This document shows, piece by piece, positions 28,002 to 35,212 of a stretch of DNA of 64,000 nucleotides (position 1 is the stretch's first letter; each line of letters starts with the position of its first letter). The notes beneath the pieces were generated by a model that did no database searches, was not told the origin of the DNA, and saw only the letters and a list, made by a program, of their open reading frames with translations. Position numbers and translations under genes: made by a program. The DNA lies in assembly GCA_964427915.1 (NCBI GenBank), contig CAYRWA010000001.1:1619-65618 (forward strand). Direction: 5' to 3'. This stretch comes from an uncultured Caldisericota bacterium. Lineage in GTDB: Bacteria > Caldisericota > Caldisericia > UBA6126.

Positions 28002-29156
28002 CTACACTACACTTGGTTCCACGATGAGTTCTCCCCTGTCATATCGACCTAGGTCTAATTGAGTCTTCGCTTCTGGAATGGACAATTCTTCATTGGTCAT
28101 CATTTGAGCAATCATTTCCGACACCATGGGTGCAACCATGAAACCATGCCCTGAAAAACCAACAGCCAGATACATGTTCGTTACTTCCTTTGGAAGGCCC
28201 AATATGGGTGCTTTGTCAGGAGATATGTTGTACAAGCCAGACCACTGACGGACTACCCTGGCCTTTCCCACTGCTGGTAGCACCGATGTAACAAGAGCTG
28301 CAACAGTATGTAGAAAATGATAGGAGTGATCCATATTGTATCCCTTGGGCTCATTGGGATCACCTACCCCCATTAAAATGGCTCCATTAGGCTCTTGTTG
28401 GGTATAAAAGCCATGAGTAAAGCTCATTACCATGGGACGAAACAAGGGTTCAATAGGTTCCGTAACAAGAATTTGGTGACGTTCGGAATACAAAGGAAGT
28501 GCTACATTCACCATTTTGGCAATTTCTTGAGCCCACCCCCCGGCAGCATTCACTACATAATCACAAGATATTTCCCCCCGGTTGGTTGTGACCGATCGTA
28601 TTGTATCCTTTTCCATGGTAAAACCTAACACTTCTGTATTTTTTTCGATGCAAACTCCTTTTCTCATCGCAGCTTGTGCATAAGCTGCAGTGGTATGAAA
28701 GGGGCTTAAATATCCATCTTTTTCATAATAAGTAGCGCCCAGAAGTCCTTCTAAGGAGATAATAGGAACAATGTTTCTACATTCCTCTGGTTGTAAGAAC
28801 TGAACATGTAGTCCAAATGTTCTCTGCAAGCTCACATTTTGTTCAAATTGTTGCATTTGCTTTTCAGAATATACCGGCATAAAGTATCCAGTTTGAGAAA
28901 ATTCAATACCATGAGAGTAGTCCAATTCTTCAGCAAGAGTTTCATATCGTTTGACAGATCCAATAGAAAGACGCAGATTCATCTCTGTGCCCCATTGTTG
29001 CCTGACACCAGCTCCACATCTTGCAGTAGCACCAGAGAATAGTGTATTTTTCTCGACCAACACAATATCTTTCATACCTCGAAGAGCTAGTTCGTACGCA
29101 GTTGCTGCCCCGATTACACCCCCTCCGATGATAACGACTGAGGCTTTAGTCTTCAT
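28002..29156 (-). CDS. FAD-dependent amino-acid/opine oxidoreductase, DAO family (SoxB/HcnC/OoxB/proline dehydrogenase beta-like)
   Basis: 384 aa. Motif VVIIGGGVIGAATAYEL. Last gene of the five-gene Fe-S/flavin cluster. Confidence 0.85.
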   Translation of the reverse strand: MKTKASVVIIGGGVIGAATAYELALRGMKDIVLVEKNTLFSGATARCGAGVRQQWGTEMNLRLSIGSVKRYETLAEELDYSHGIEFSQTGYFMPVYSEKQMQQFEQNVSLQRTFGLHVQFLQPEECRNIVPIISLEGLLGATYYEKDGYLSPFHTTAAYAQAAMRKGVCIEKNTEVLGFTMEKDTIRSVTTNRGEISCDYVVNAAGGWAQEIAKMVNVALPLYSERHQILVTEPIEPLFRPMVMSFTHGFYTQQEPNGAILMGVGDPNEPKGYNMDHSYHFLHTVAALVTSVLPAVGKARVVRQWSGLYNISPDKAPILGLPKEVTNMYLAVGFSGHGFMVAPMVSEMIAQMMTNEELSIPEAKTQLDLGRYDRGELIVEPSVV

Positions 29157-29433
29157 TTGTATCCTCCTTCGCTAGTAACTCAAGTGGAATGGTTACAGAC
29201 GGAGGTCGCAACCGGGAAAGTTCTATATCAGTTTGGGAGATCTGAAGCTCACTGGCAATGATTTGAAGCAAAAGATTTCTACAGGTTTTTCCTTGACATT
29301 GACCCATACCAGCGCGGGTAAGTCGTTTTATCTCATCGAGTGTTGTATACCCTTTTCGAATAACGTTTTTGATCTCACCAAGAGTTACGTCGGCACATCG
29401 GCAAACAATAGTGTTATCATCTTTGAAATTCAT
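29146..29433 (-). CDS. BFD-like [2Fe-2S]-binding small subunit
   Basis: ORF track gives 29146..29493. ATG 29433 forms an ATGA overlap with the upstream stop. Motif CRCADVTLGEI...GMGQCQGKTC. Confidence 0.75.
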   Translation of the reverse strand: MNFKDDNTIVCRCADVTLGEIKNVIRKGYTTLDEIKRLTRAGMGQCQGKTCRNLLLQIIASELQISQTDIELSRLRPPSVTIPLELLAKEDTNED

Positions 29434-29921
29434 TCTTTCACCATCCGAACATTTCGTGCTTCTTTGTACAGTTTTTTGGGGATTTCTACCCATATCACTC
29501 TACCCTTTGGATTAAAGGCATATTTCTGAACCCTTTCAACTCTTCCTCTGCCAATAACAGAACCCTCTCTAGAAAGAATATCGCAGATATCATTTTTTTC
29601 TGGTATTGGAAGCATTTCATACGGGATCTTCATCAAAGAGGTATCGGGTGTAAAGTTTTTCTCAATGACATAAATAGCCAATCCTGGACAAACAGCAATA
29701 CAGTTTCCGCAACCATTGCAAAGATCAAAATTGATAACAGGAAGATCAGTAATGTTTTGGAAGGGTTGAATAGCTCCCCTTGGACAAGCTTGTTGACAGG
29801 GATTACAAGGAATGTGTTCTGGACATTCAATAATCGCAACGGATCCTTTGTTAAGCCTTTCCTCTTCTGGCATTAAAGAAGAGTATTCTTCAATGGATAG
29901 GTATCCGGTATTCTTATACAT
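29430..29921 (-). CDS. 2x[4Fe-4S] ferredoxin-domain subunit
   Basis: ORF track gives 29430..30119, but its first 66 codons lie inside the upstream gene. ATG 29921 overlaps the upstream stop (ATGTATAA). Motifs CPEHIPCNPCQQACP and CNGCGNCIAVCP. Confidence 0.75.
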   Translation of the reverse strand: MYKNTGYLSIEEYSSLMPEEERLNKGSVAIIECPEHIPCNPCQQACPRGAIQPFQNITDLPVINFDLCNGCGNCIAVCPGLAIYVIEKNFTPDTSLMKIPYEMLPIPEKNDICDILSREGSVIGRGRVERVQKYAFNPKGRVIWVEIPKKLYKEARNVRMVKE

Positions 29922-31008
29922 TGGATTCCTCAACTTTCTGCAAACCGCTGCATATTTTCTCTCCAATTGGACCTGATCGCATAGATTGCAGAAATTGGAC
30001 AGATTTTTCGAGTAAAGCCATGTGATCTGGTGTGGCAATTTGAAGGTCTTCTGCAATTGATACACCAGCAATATATCCTTCCAACATGGCTGAACTTGCT
30101 TCTTCAATACCAGCAACATCTCCGGCTATATAAACATCCTTGTTGGTGCATTGCATTCTTCGGTTCCGTAAAGCTACAGATCCTCCCAATGCAGGAACGT
30201 ATTTTGTCTCGCATTGCATGTGAGACAACAATTCTGATAGAGGTGAAAGTCCGACTGCTAAACACAGTGTATCACAGGTTTCCGTTCGTTCAGTACCGGG
30301 TATTTCTTGCCAATTCTCATCCAACGAGACAATTTCAACACCTTCCAAAGATTCTTCACCAAAAGCTTTTCGGACAGTCGTCTGGAGCAATATTGGAACT
30401 TGCAATCTTCGAATTTTGGCAGCATGGACAAAATATCCACCCACAACTGGAGCAGCCTCAACAATACATTTTACGGGTATACCCGCTTGTAACAGCTGGT
30501 AGGAGACAATTAATCCAATGTTCCCAGAGCCTACCATAATGACTTCTTTGCCAGGAGCTACGCCATACATATTCATAAGAGTTTGCACTGCTCCTGCTCC
30601 AAATATTCCAGGCATATCATTGTTCTCAAAAATCAATGCCTTCTCTGAGGCACCCGTTGCAACAATTACTTTTTTAAAATAGATATGGTGCAACGTTTGG
30701 TCTTGTTCTAGAGCAAGCATAAACCCATCTTCCGGATAATACCCCGCTGCAACGGTATCTGTAAAAAAATGAATATTGGTAGATTGAAGAACAGATTCTT
30801 GTAGGATGGTACTAATTTCAAAGCCACGTGTTCCAGCATACTGCTCTTTAGATCCAAAAAACATATGTGTTTGTTTTACTAGTTGACCACCTAAAAAAGG
30901 ATCCCTTTCTAGTACAATAACTTGGACATTGGTATTCACGAAGACACTTGCAGCACAAAGACCTGCTGGACCAGCCCCAACAATTAATACATCGCAGTAT
31001 TGTTTCAT
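29914..31008 (-). CDS. FAD/NAD(P)-binding pyridine nucleotide-disulfide oxidoreductase-family subunit (SoxA/HcnB/OoxA/PDH alpha-like)
   Basis: 364 aa. Motifs VLIVGAGPAGL and a second Rossmann VIMVGSGNIGL, then IAGDVAG. Confidence 0.85.
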   Translation of the reverse strand: MKQYCDVLIVGAGPAGLCAASVFVNTNVQVIVLERDPFLGGQLVKQTHMFFGSKEQYAGTRGFEISTILQESVLQSTNIHFFTDTVAAGYYPEDGFMLALEQDQTLHHIYFKKVIVATGASEKALIFENNDMPGIFGAGAVQTLMNMYGVAPGKEVIMVGSGNIGLIVSYQLLQAGIPVKCIVEAAPVVGGYFVHAAKIRRLQVPILLQTTVRKAFGEESLEGVEIVSLDENWQEIPGTERTETCDTLCLAVGLSPLSELLSHMQCETKYVPALGGSVALRNRRMQCTNKDVYIAGDVAGIEEASSAMLEGYIAGVSIAEDLQIATPDHMALLEKSVQFLQSMRSGPIGEKICSGLQKVEESNV

Positions 31009-31301
31009 GATTCCCTCTTCTGTGTTTCTACTTGCATTCCCTCTTTAACTTGCTTCGTACAAGTTCTCACATTCGGTATGCCATCCACTTTCATCAAACA
31101 AGAAGAGCAGTTTCCAATACAACAAAAGAGTCCTCTTGGTCTATGGTAAACAAGACTTTCGCTAATATTTTTGTACCCTTGCTCAAACAATGCAACAGCA
31201 ATGGGTTCTCCTTCATATCCTTGCACGGGTTTTCCATCAAAATAAAAGGATACTTTCTTCTTCTCTTTCCATTCTAAAATCGGATGTTTTTTAATGCGCA
31301 T
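31005..31301 (-). CDS. [2Fe-2S]-binding small subunit (sarcosine oxidase alpha N-terminal / HcnA-like)
   Basis: 98 aa. Motif HRPRGLFCCIGNCSSCLMKVDGIPNVRTC. ATGA overlap with the next gene. Confidence 0.8.
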   Translation of the reverse strand: MRIKKHPILEWKEKKKVSFYFDGKPVQGYEGEPIAVALFEQGYKNISESLVYHRPRGLFCCIGNCSSCLMKVDGIPNVRTCTKQVKEGMQVETQKRES

Positions 31302-31369
31302 ATGATACCCTCACCATATCGATAAACTTTTTCACTCATTATATCATTTGTGATATATTTGTGAATATA

Positions 31370-31397
31370 TTGACCTGATGAGCTTAGATCATAGAAT
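31370..31397 (+). promoter_or_regulatory. Candidate sigma-70-type promoter placed to give a leaderless or near-leaderless mRNA for the FHA gene
   Basis: TTGACC (31370-31375), 16-nt spacer, TAGAAT (31392-31397). ATG 31406 begins only 8 nt after the -10 box, and there is no SD. Confidence 0.4.
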
Positions 31398-31405
31398 CAT
31401 TATCA

Positions 31406-32668
31406 ATGAAGAAAAAATTTGTGATCGGAATGGTTTTTTTGCTATGTTTTTTATCGCATCCTCTTTCCACTTACGGGAAAGAGCTGGAAATTCATATGGA
31501 CCGTGGTTTATACCCAACAATCCATGGGTACTATTATGCTCCTTCCATGGAATCCAATACAGTACAAGTAGCAAATTCATCAATTCAAACCAAAGAAAGA
31601 ATCATTCGCTTTCCCTTCAACTCACAACCAAAAATTTATCTTTTGATTCAAAATAGCCCTTCTTATACTAATATCCGAGAAAGAGCTCACAGAGAAGTTC
31701 TTCTAATGGAGATAGAAAAGGAACGAAAAAAACAATCATTTTTTAACAATATTGTCATATTTACATTTGGATCTGCTATTCAAGAAATACCTTTTCCAAC
31801 CGATAAATTGAGTACATATCCCGTAGATCCTACATCGGAAAAGGGGCAACTAGAATCCTTGCTGGAAGTTCTTCGTTCAAAAGAAATGAATACATCACAA
31901 GATGTTGTCATTATCATTATTGGGGATGGAACAGAACTCCCCAGCTTTAAGACTGCCTTTGCACCCATATTCTATTTTCAAACCAACGACTTGGAACACA
32001 ATACTTCTCAAGAGTTCATCATTGAATCAACTGGAGGCATGTACGCAAATTCCTCCTCCACCTATCAAGTTTCTCAGATTGAAACCACGATTCGCTCAAG
32101 AAAACAACCTCTCCATTCCTTTGTGATCACTATTCCTTTACCAAAAATGCTGTTCCCAACCCAAATAACCATAAATTACCCCTCTAATCCATTTTCAGTA
32201 GAAGTGCAACCGGTTGTTTCGCTACACAATCTTATTGATTGGGCTCTTCTTTTTATAGCCTTCCTCATTATTCTTTTGTTCGTATGGTTTGTATTGAGGT
32301 GTATACAATCTATTGTTCACCGGCGAAAAACGAAACGGAACAAACGTGAAAGAGAAGCTGAACAGAAATATCTACGTCGTTCCCTACAGTTCTTGGTCCA
32401 AGAGCCTGGTAAAAAACCTCGGTACGTCTCTGTAAATACCTCTTCATGGATTGGTTCTAGCAAAGATTGCCAAGTATCTCTTCAAGACATTTCAGTTTCG
32501 CTAGAACATTGTTACGTTCAAAAAACCACAAATGGTTTTTTTGTTGTTGATCTCCAAAGCTGTAATGGTACAAGTGTAAATGGAAAAAGTATTCAACGAA
32601 AAAAATTATACAATAATGATGTTCTTCAAGTTGGAGAAACAACATTAACTGTAAAGGAGGAATTGTGA
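31406..32668 (+). CDS. Bitopic membrane protein: signal/TM + extracytoplasmic vWA-like domain + TM + cytoplasmic FHA domain
   Basis: 420 aa. N-terminal hydrophobic segment. IYLLIQNSPS and VVIIIIGDGTE suggest a vWA fold. TM segment WALLFIAFLIILLFVWFVL. C-terminal FHA: WIGSSKDCQVSLQD..VSLEHCYV...DLQSCNGTSVNG....L.NNDVLQVGETTL. Confidence 0.75.
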   Translation: MKKKFVIGMVFLLCFLSHPLSTYGKELEIHMDRGLYPTIHGYYYAPSMESNTVQVANSSIQTKERIIRFPFNSQPKIYLLIQNSPSYTNIRERAHREVLLMEIEKERKKQSFFNNIVIFTFGSAIQEIPFPTDKLSTYPVDPTSEKGQLESLLEVLRSKEMNTSQDVVIIIIGDGTELPSFKTAFAPIFYFQTNDLEHNTSQEFIIESTGGMYANSSSTYQVSQIETTIRSRKQPLHSFVITIPLPKMLFPTQITINYPSNPFSVEVQPVVSLHNLIDWALLFIAFLIILLFVWFVLRCIQSIVHRRKTKRNKREREAEQKYLRRSLQFLVQEPGKKPRYVSVNTSSWIGSSKDCQVSLQDISVSLEHCYVQKTTNGFFVVDLQSCNGTSVNGKSIQRKKLYNNDVLQVGETTLTVKEEL

Positions 32669-34359
32669 GTAAAAAGAGATTGCAACGCACCCCTTCTGTT
32701 AAAACTATCATTGTTTTCGTGCTCCTCACGTTTCTCGCTTGTAGTCCTTTTGTGGCATATGCGCTCGAGGACCACACGACATGGACAGAAATGAAAATCG
32801 AATCCCAATTGAGCCCTTTGTATTCATTTACGAACAAAATAACCTATTTTGAAGCATCAAAAAATGGGAAAAAAATTGTCATTCGTAGCACAGGAAATAA
32901 AAGTGGGGACACTTTTATTCATGTTGTGGAAGCAGGAGGAATCAACTTAGAGGAAGTGTTTTCACCCGGGGTTTATACTGTTGGGAAAAAGAATATCTTT
33001 TTCACAGCAGCAGACCAATACCCTTCTATTTCAGGAGATGGTCGCTTTGTGTGTATGGGAGTTCAATCCAATGAAGATATAGCTACAAAAAAAACAGACT
33101 ATGTACTTGTTTTTGACACTCTTACAAAAAAGCAAGATTTTTTCCCATTACGGATCTTGATTCCTGGTACCAATCAAGTAATTTTTACCCCTCCACTCCA
33201 CCATGTCCCCAATATAGACATAGATGCTTCTGGGGAATACATCGCTGCCCAAGTTGAAATTGGCTATCTGACCGACACCTCCTCTCATAAACAAACGGCA
33301 ATTCTTATCATGAATCGAAATGGTTCCAACCAACGAGTTCTTGCTGGACCTAAAGAGTTTTCCCGAATTCGCCAGTCATTTATATATGATTCAACTATAC
33401 ATAGCCCTCATCTACCCAGGTTCTCTTCAAGCAATACAATTGTATTCTATGCCCAACTTTTTGAAAACTCCTCTCCTTATGATTTAAAAGGAGAGCTTTT
33501 TTCGCTGGACCTATCCACCGGTTTTTTAAACCAACTAACATCTTCTCGAAGATTGGATCCTAAACCTGAGGAAATGGGACCTTTTGTTTTAAATATGTAT
33601 GGAACTAAAATTTTCTTTAAGATGCTTGTCAATGGGGTATCCATGCTCTCTTCTATCTCGACGAGCGGAACTGACTTAACCCACATTATCCCTCTACAAC
33701 AAGAAAGTCCGTTTTGTGTTAGCGGAGATGGAACTAAAATTTTCTTTATCGATGAATCAAGCCAAGATTCGCTGGTCTATATTTTTCTTCCCACCTCTGA
33801 AAAATACTTTGTTCTTGACAAAACCGTCACAGGAGAACCTGTAAGAGGCTATATATATCATTCTTTGGACAATACCTCCCTTCCACCGGTTTCTCACACA
33901 ACATTTACGGGATCTACCTTCTTTTATACAGTCTCCGCTAATACGTTTGTCCGACTAGACCTATTGCACAACGTCTCCTCATCTAGGAAGGTTGTTTCTG
34001 TCTTCGAAAAGAACCGATCTGTCATCATGATCAACGAAAAACCTGTATCCGTGTTCGCAAGTCCTTATATCAAAAACAACAGAATAATGATTCCGTTATC
34101 GATCATTACAAAATACTATGGAATGCAATACTATCCGAACCTAACTCGTGGTATTCTTCAGGTTACCTACAATGCTAATTCCTATATCTTTTATACCGGC
34201 TCTTCTACGTATGTGAAAAATGGAACAAAACATACTTTGCCCCAGCCTATTGAAATACATCGCAACGAACCCTTCTTTCCAGGTGGGGCTCTACCAAACG
34301 TCTTTTCATTTACAGTGGAGTGGGATTCCGTTTCAGAATCCTTATCGGTGTCTCGATAA
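32665..34359 (+). CDS. Secreted PD40/TolB-like beta-propeller protein with C-terminal copper-amine-oxidase N-terminal-like domain
   Basis: 564 aa. GTG start 5 nt after AAGGAGG, with GTGA overlap on the upstream stop. Signal peptide. Repeats ISGDGRFV, IDASGEYIA, VSGDGTKIFF. C-terminus MIPLSIITKYYGMQ...FTVEWDSVSESLSV. Confidence 0.65.
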   Translation: MSKKRLQRTPSVKTIIVFVLLTFLACSPFVAYALEDHTTWTEMKIESQLSPLYSFTNKITYFEASKNGKKIVIRSTGNKSGDTFIHVVEAGGINLEEVFSPGVYTVGKKNIFFTAADQYPSISGDGRFVCMGVQSNEDIATKKTDYVLVFDTLTKKQDFFPLRILIPGTNQVIFTPPLHHVPNIDIDASGEYIAAQVEIGYLTDTSSHKQTAILIMNRNGSNQRVLAGPKEFSRIRQSFIYDSTIHSPHLPRFSSSNTIVFYAQLFENSSPYDLKGELFSLDLSTGFLNQLTSSRRLDPKPEEMGPFVLNMYGTKIFFKMLVNGVSMLSSISTSGTDLTHIIPLQQESPFCVSGDGTKIFFIDESSQDSLVYIFLPTSEKYFVLDKTVTGEPVRGYIYHSLDNTSLPPVSHTTFTGSTFFYTVSANTFVRLDLLHNVSSSRKVVSVFEKNRSVIMINEKPVSVFASPYIKNNRIMIPLSIITKYYGMQYYPNLTRGILQVTYNANSYIFYTGSSTYVKNGTKHTLPQPIEIHRNEPFFPGGALPNVFSFTVEWDSVSESLSVSR

Positions 34360-34360
34360 T

Positions 34361-35212
34361 ATGATGTCCATTCCTGCCAATGCTCAAAAGATGCTATCAA
34401 GTTTGTCCAATCATCCCCATTATTCTGCTATCGAAGTCGGTTTTCAGATGCTGTATGCAGCCGGAAAAAATGCTCAACAAAAACACAAAGATATTGCTGT
34501 TGAGTTTAAGGGTGAAATCGATTTAGTAACCAATATTGACATTGAAACAGAAATAGCTCTCAAACAAGAGATTTTACAAAGATTTCCCCACCATTCTATC
34601 ATTTCTGAAGAAAGCGCAGATGTTGAATCAAGTAGTCCTTATTGTTGGATTATTGATCCCATTGATGGAACCACAAATTTTGCTCATCAACTGCCCTTAT
34701 GGGCTATTTCTATTGCATTTTACGAACATCAAAAACCAGTAGCTGGCTGGGTGTATGCTCCTGAAATGGATCAATTATTTTTTGGCCTCACTTCGTGTGG
34801 ATCTTGGTTAAATTATGCTCCTATCCATGTAAGTACTACCAAGGACCTTTCAAAAGCACTTTTAGCGACAGGCTTTCCATACGACATTCGCTCAACACCT
34901 TACACCAATTTGGACCTGTATGAACATTTTTGCAAACAAGCTCAAGCGGTACGTCGTTTTGGATCAGCATCTCTGGATATTTGTTTTGTCGGGTGTGGTT
35001 TGTTGCAAGGATATTGGGAACAAATGCTCCAATTATGGGATTTTGCAGCTGCTAGAATTGTACTGCAAGAAGCAGGAGGAAGAATTACGGATCTTTACAA
35101 TCGTGACCTTCCTTTTTGTGCCTCTTCGGTAATATGCTCCAATCCCATTTTACACCAGGCAATAGTACATGAAATTCACTCATGTGGTGCAAAACTGCGG
35201 AAACCTTCATGA
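34361..35212 (+). CDS. suhB: Inositol monophosphatase family protein
   Basis: ORF track gives 34220..35212, but its first 47 codons overlap the upstream gene. ATG 34361 lies 2 nt after the upstream stop. Motifs SEES, WIIDPIDGTTNF, WDFAAA. Confidence 0.85.
   Translation: MMSIPANAQKMLSSLSNHPHYSAIEVGFQMLYAAGKNAQQKHKDIAVEFKGEIDLVTNIDIETEIALKQEILQRFPHHSIISEESADVESSSPYCWIIDPIDGTTNFAHQLPLWAISIAFYEHQKPVAGWVYAPEMDQLFFGLTSCGSWLNYAPIHVSTTKDLSKALLATGFPYDIRSTPYTNLDLYEHFCKQAQAVRRFGSASLDICFVGCGLLQGYWEQMLQLWDFAAARIVLQEAGGRITDLYNRDLPFCASSVICSNPILHQAIVHEIHSCGAKLRKPS

Noticed and set aside
29922-30119. N-terminal 66 codons of ORF 29430..30119, which would overlap the FAD/NAD subunit gene by 206 nt
   Set aside because: The ferredoxin-like sequence begins after the internal Met (MYKNTG). 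Its ATG 29921 overlaps the upstream stop in an ATGTATAA junction. The extension is an artefact of taking the longest ORF.
34220-34360. Upstream extensions of ORF-track calls. The affected ORF-track starts are suhB 34220, heparinase-like 35182, lipA 44182, secD 17987 (TTG), pcrA 22925 (TTG), PQQ protein 50199, BFD-like 29493, tpiA 54985, gdhA 12120 and ABC ATPase 43064
   Set aside because: In each case an internal ATG gives a canonical N-terminus or signal peptide. That ATG also has a proper SD and/or forms an ATGA junction with the upstream stop. The extensions overlap the preceding gene or a terminator.
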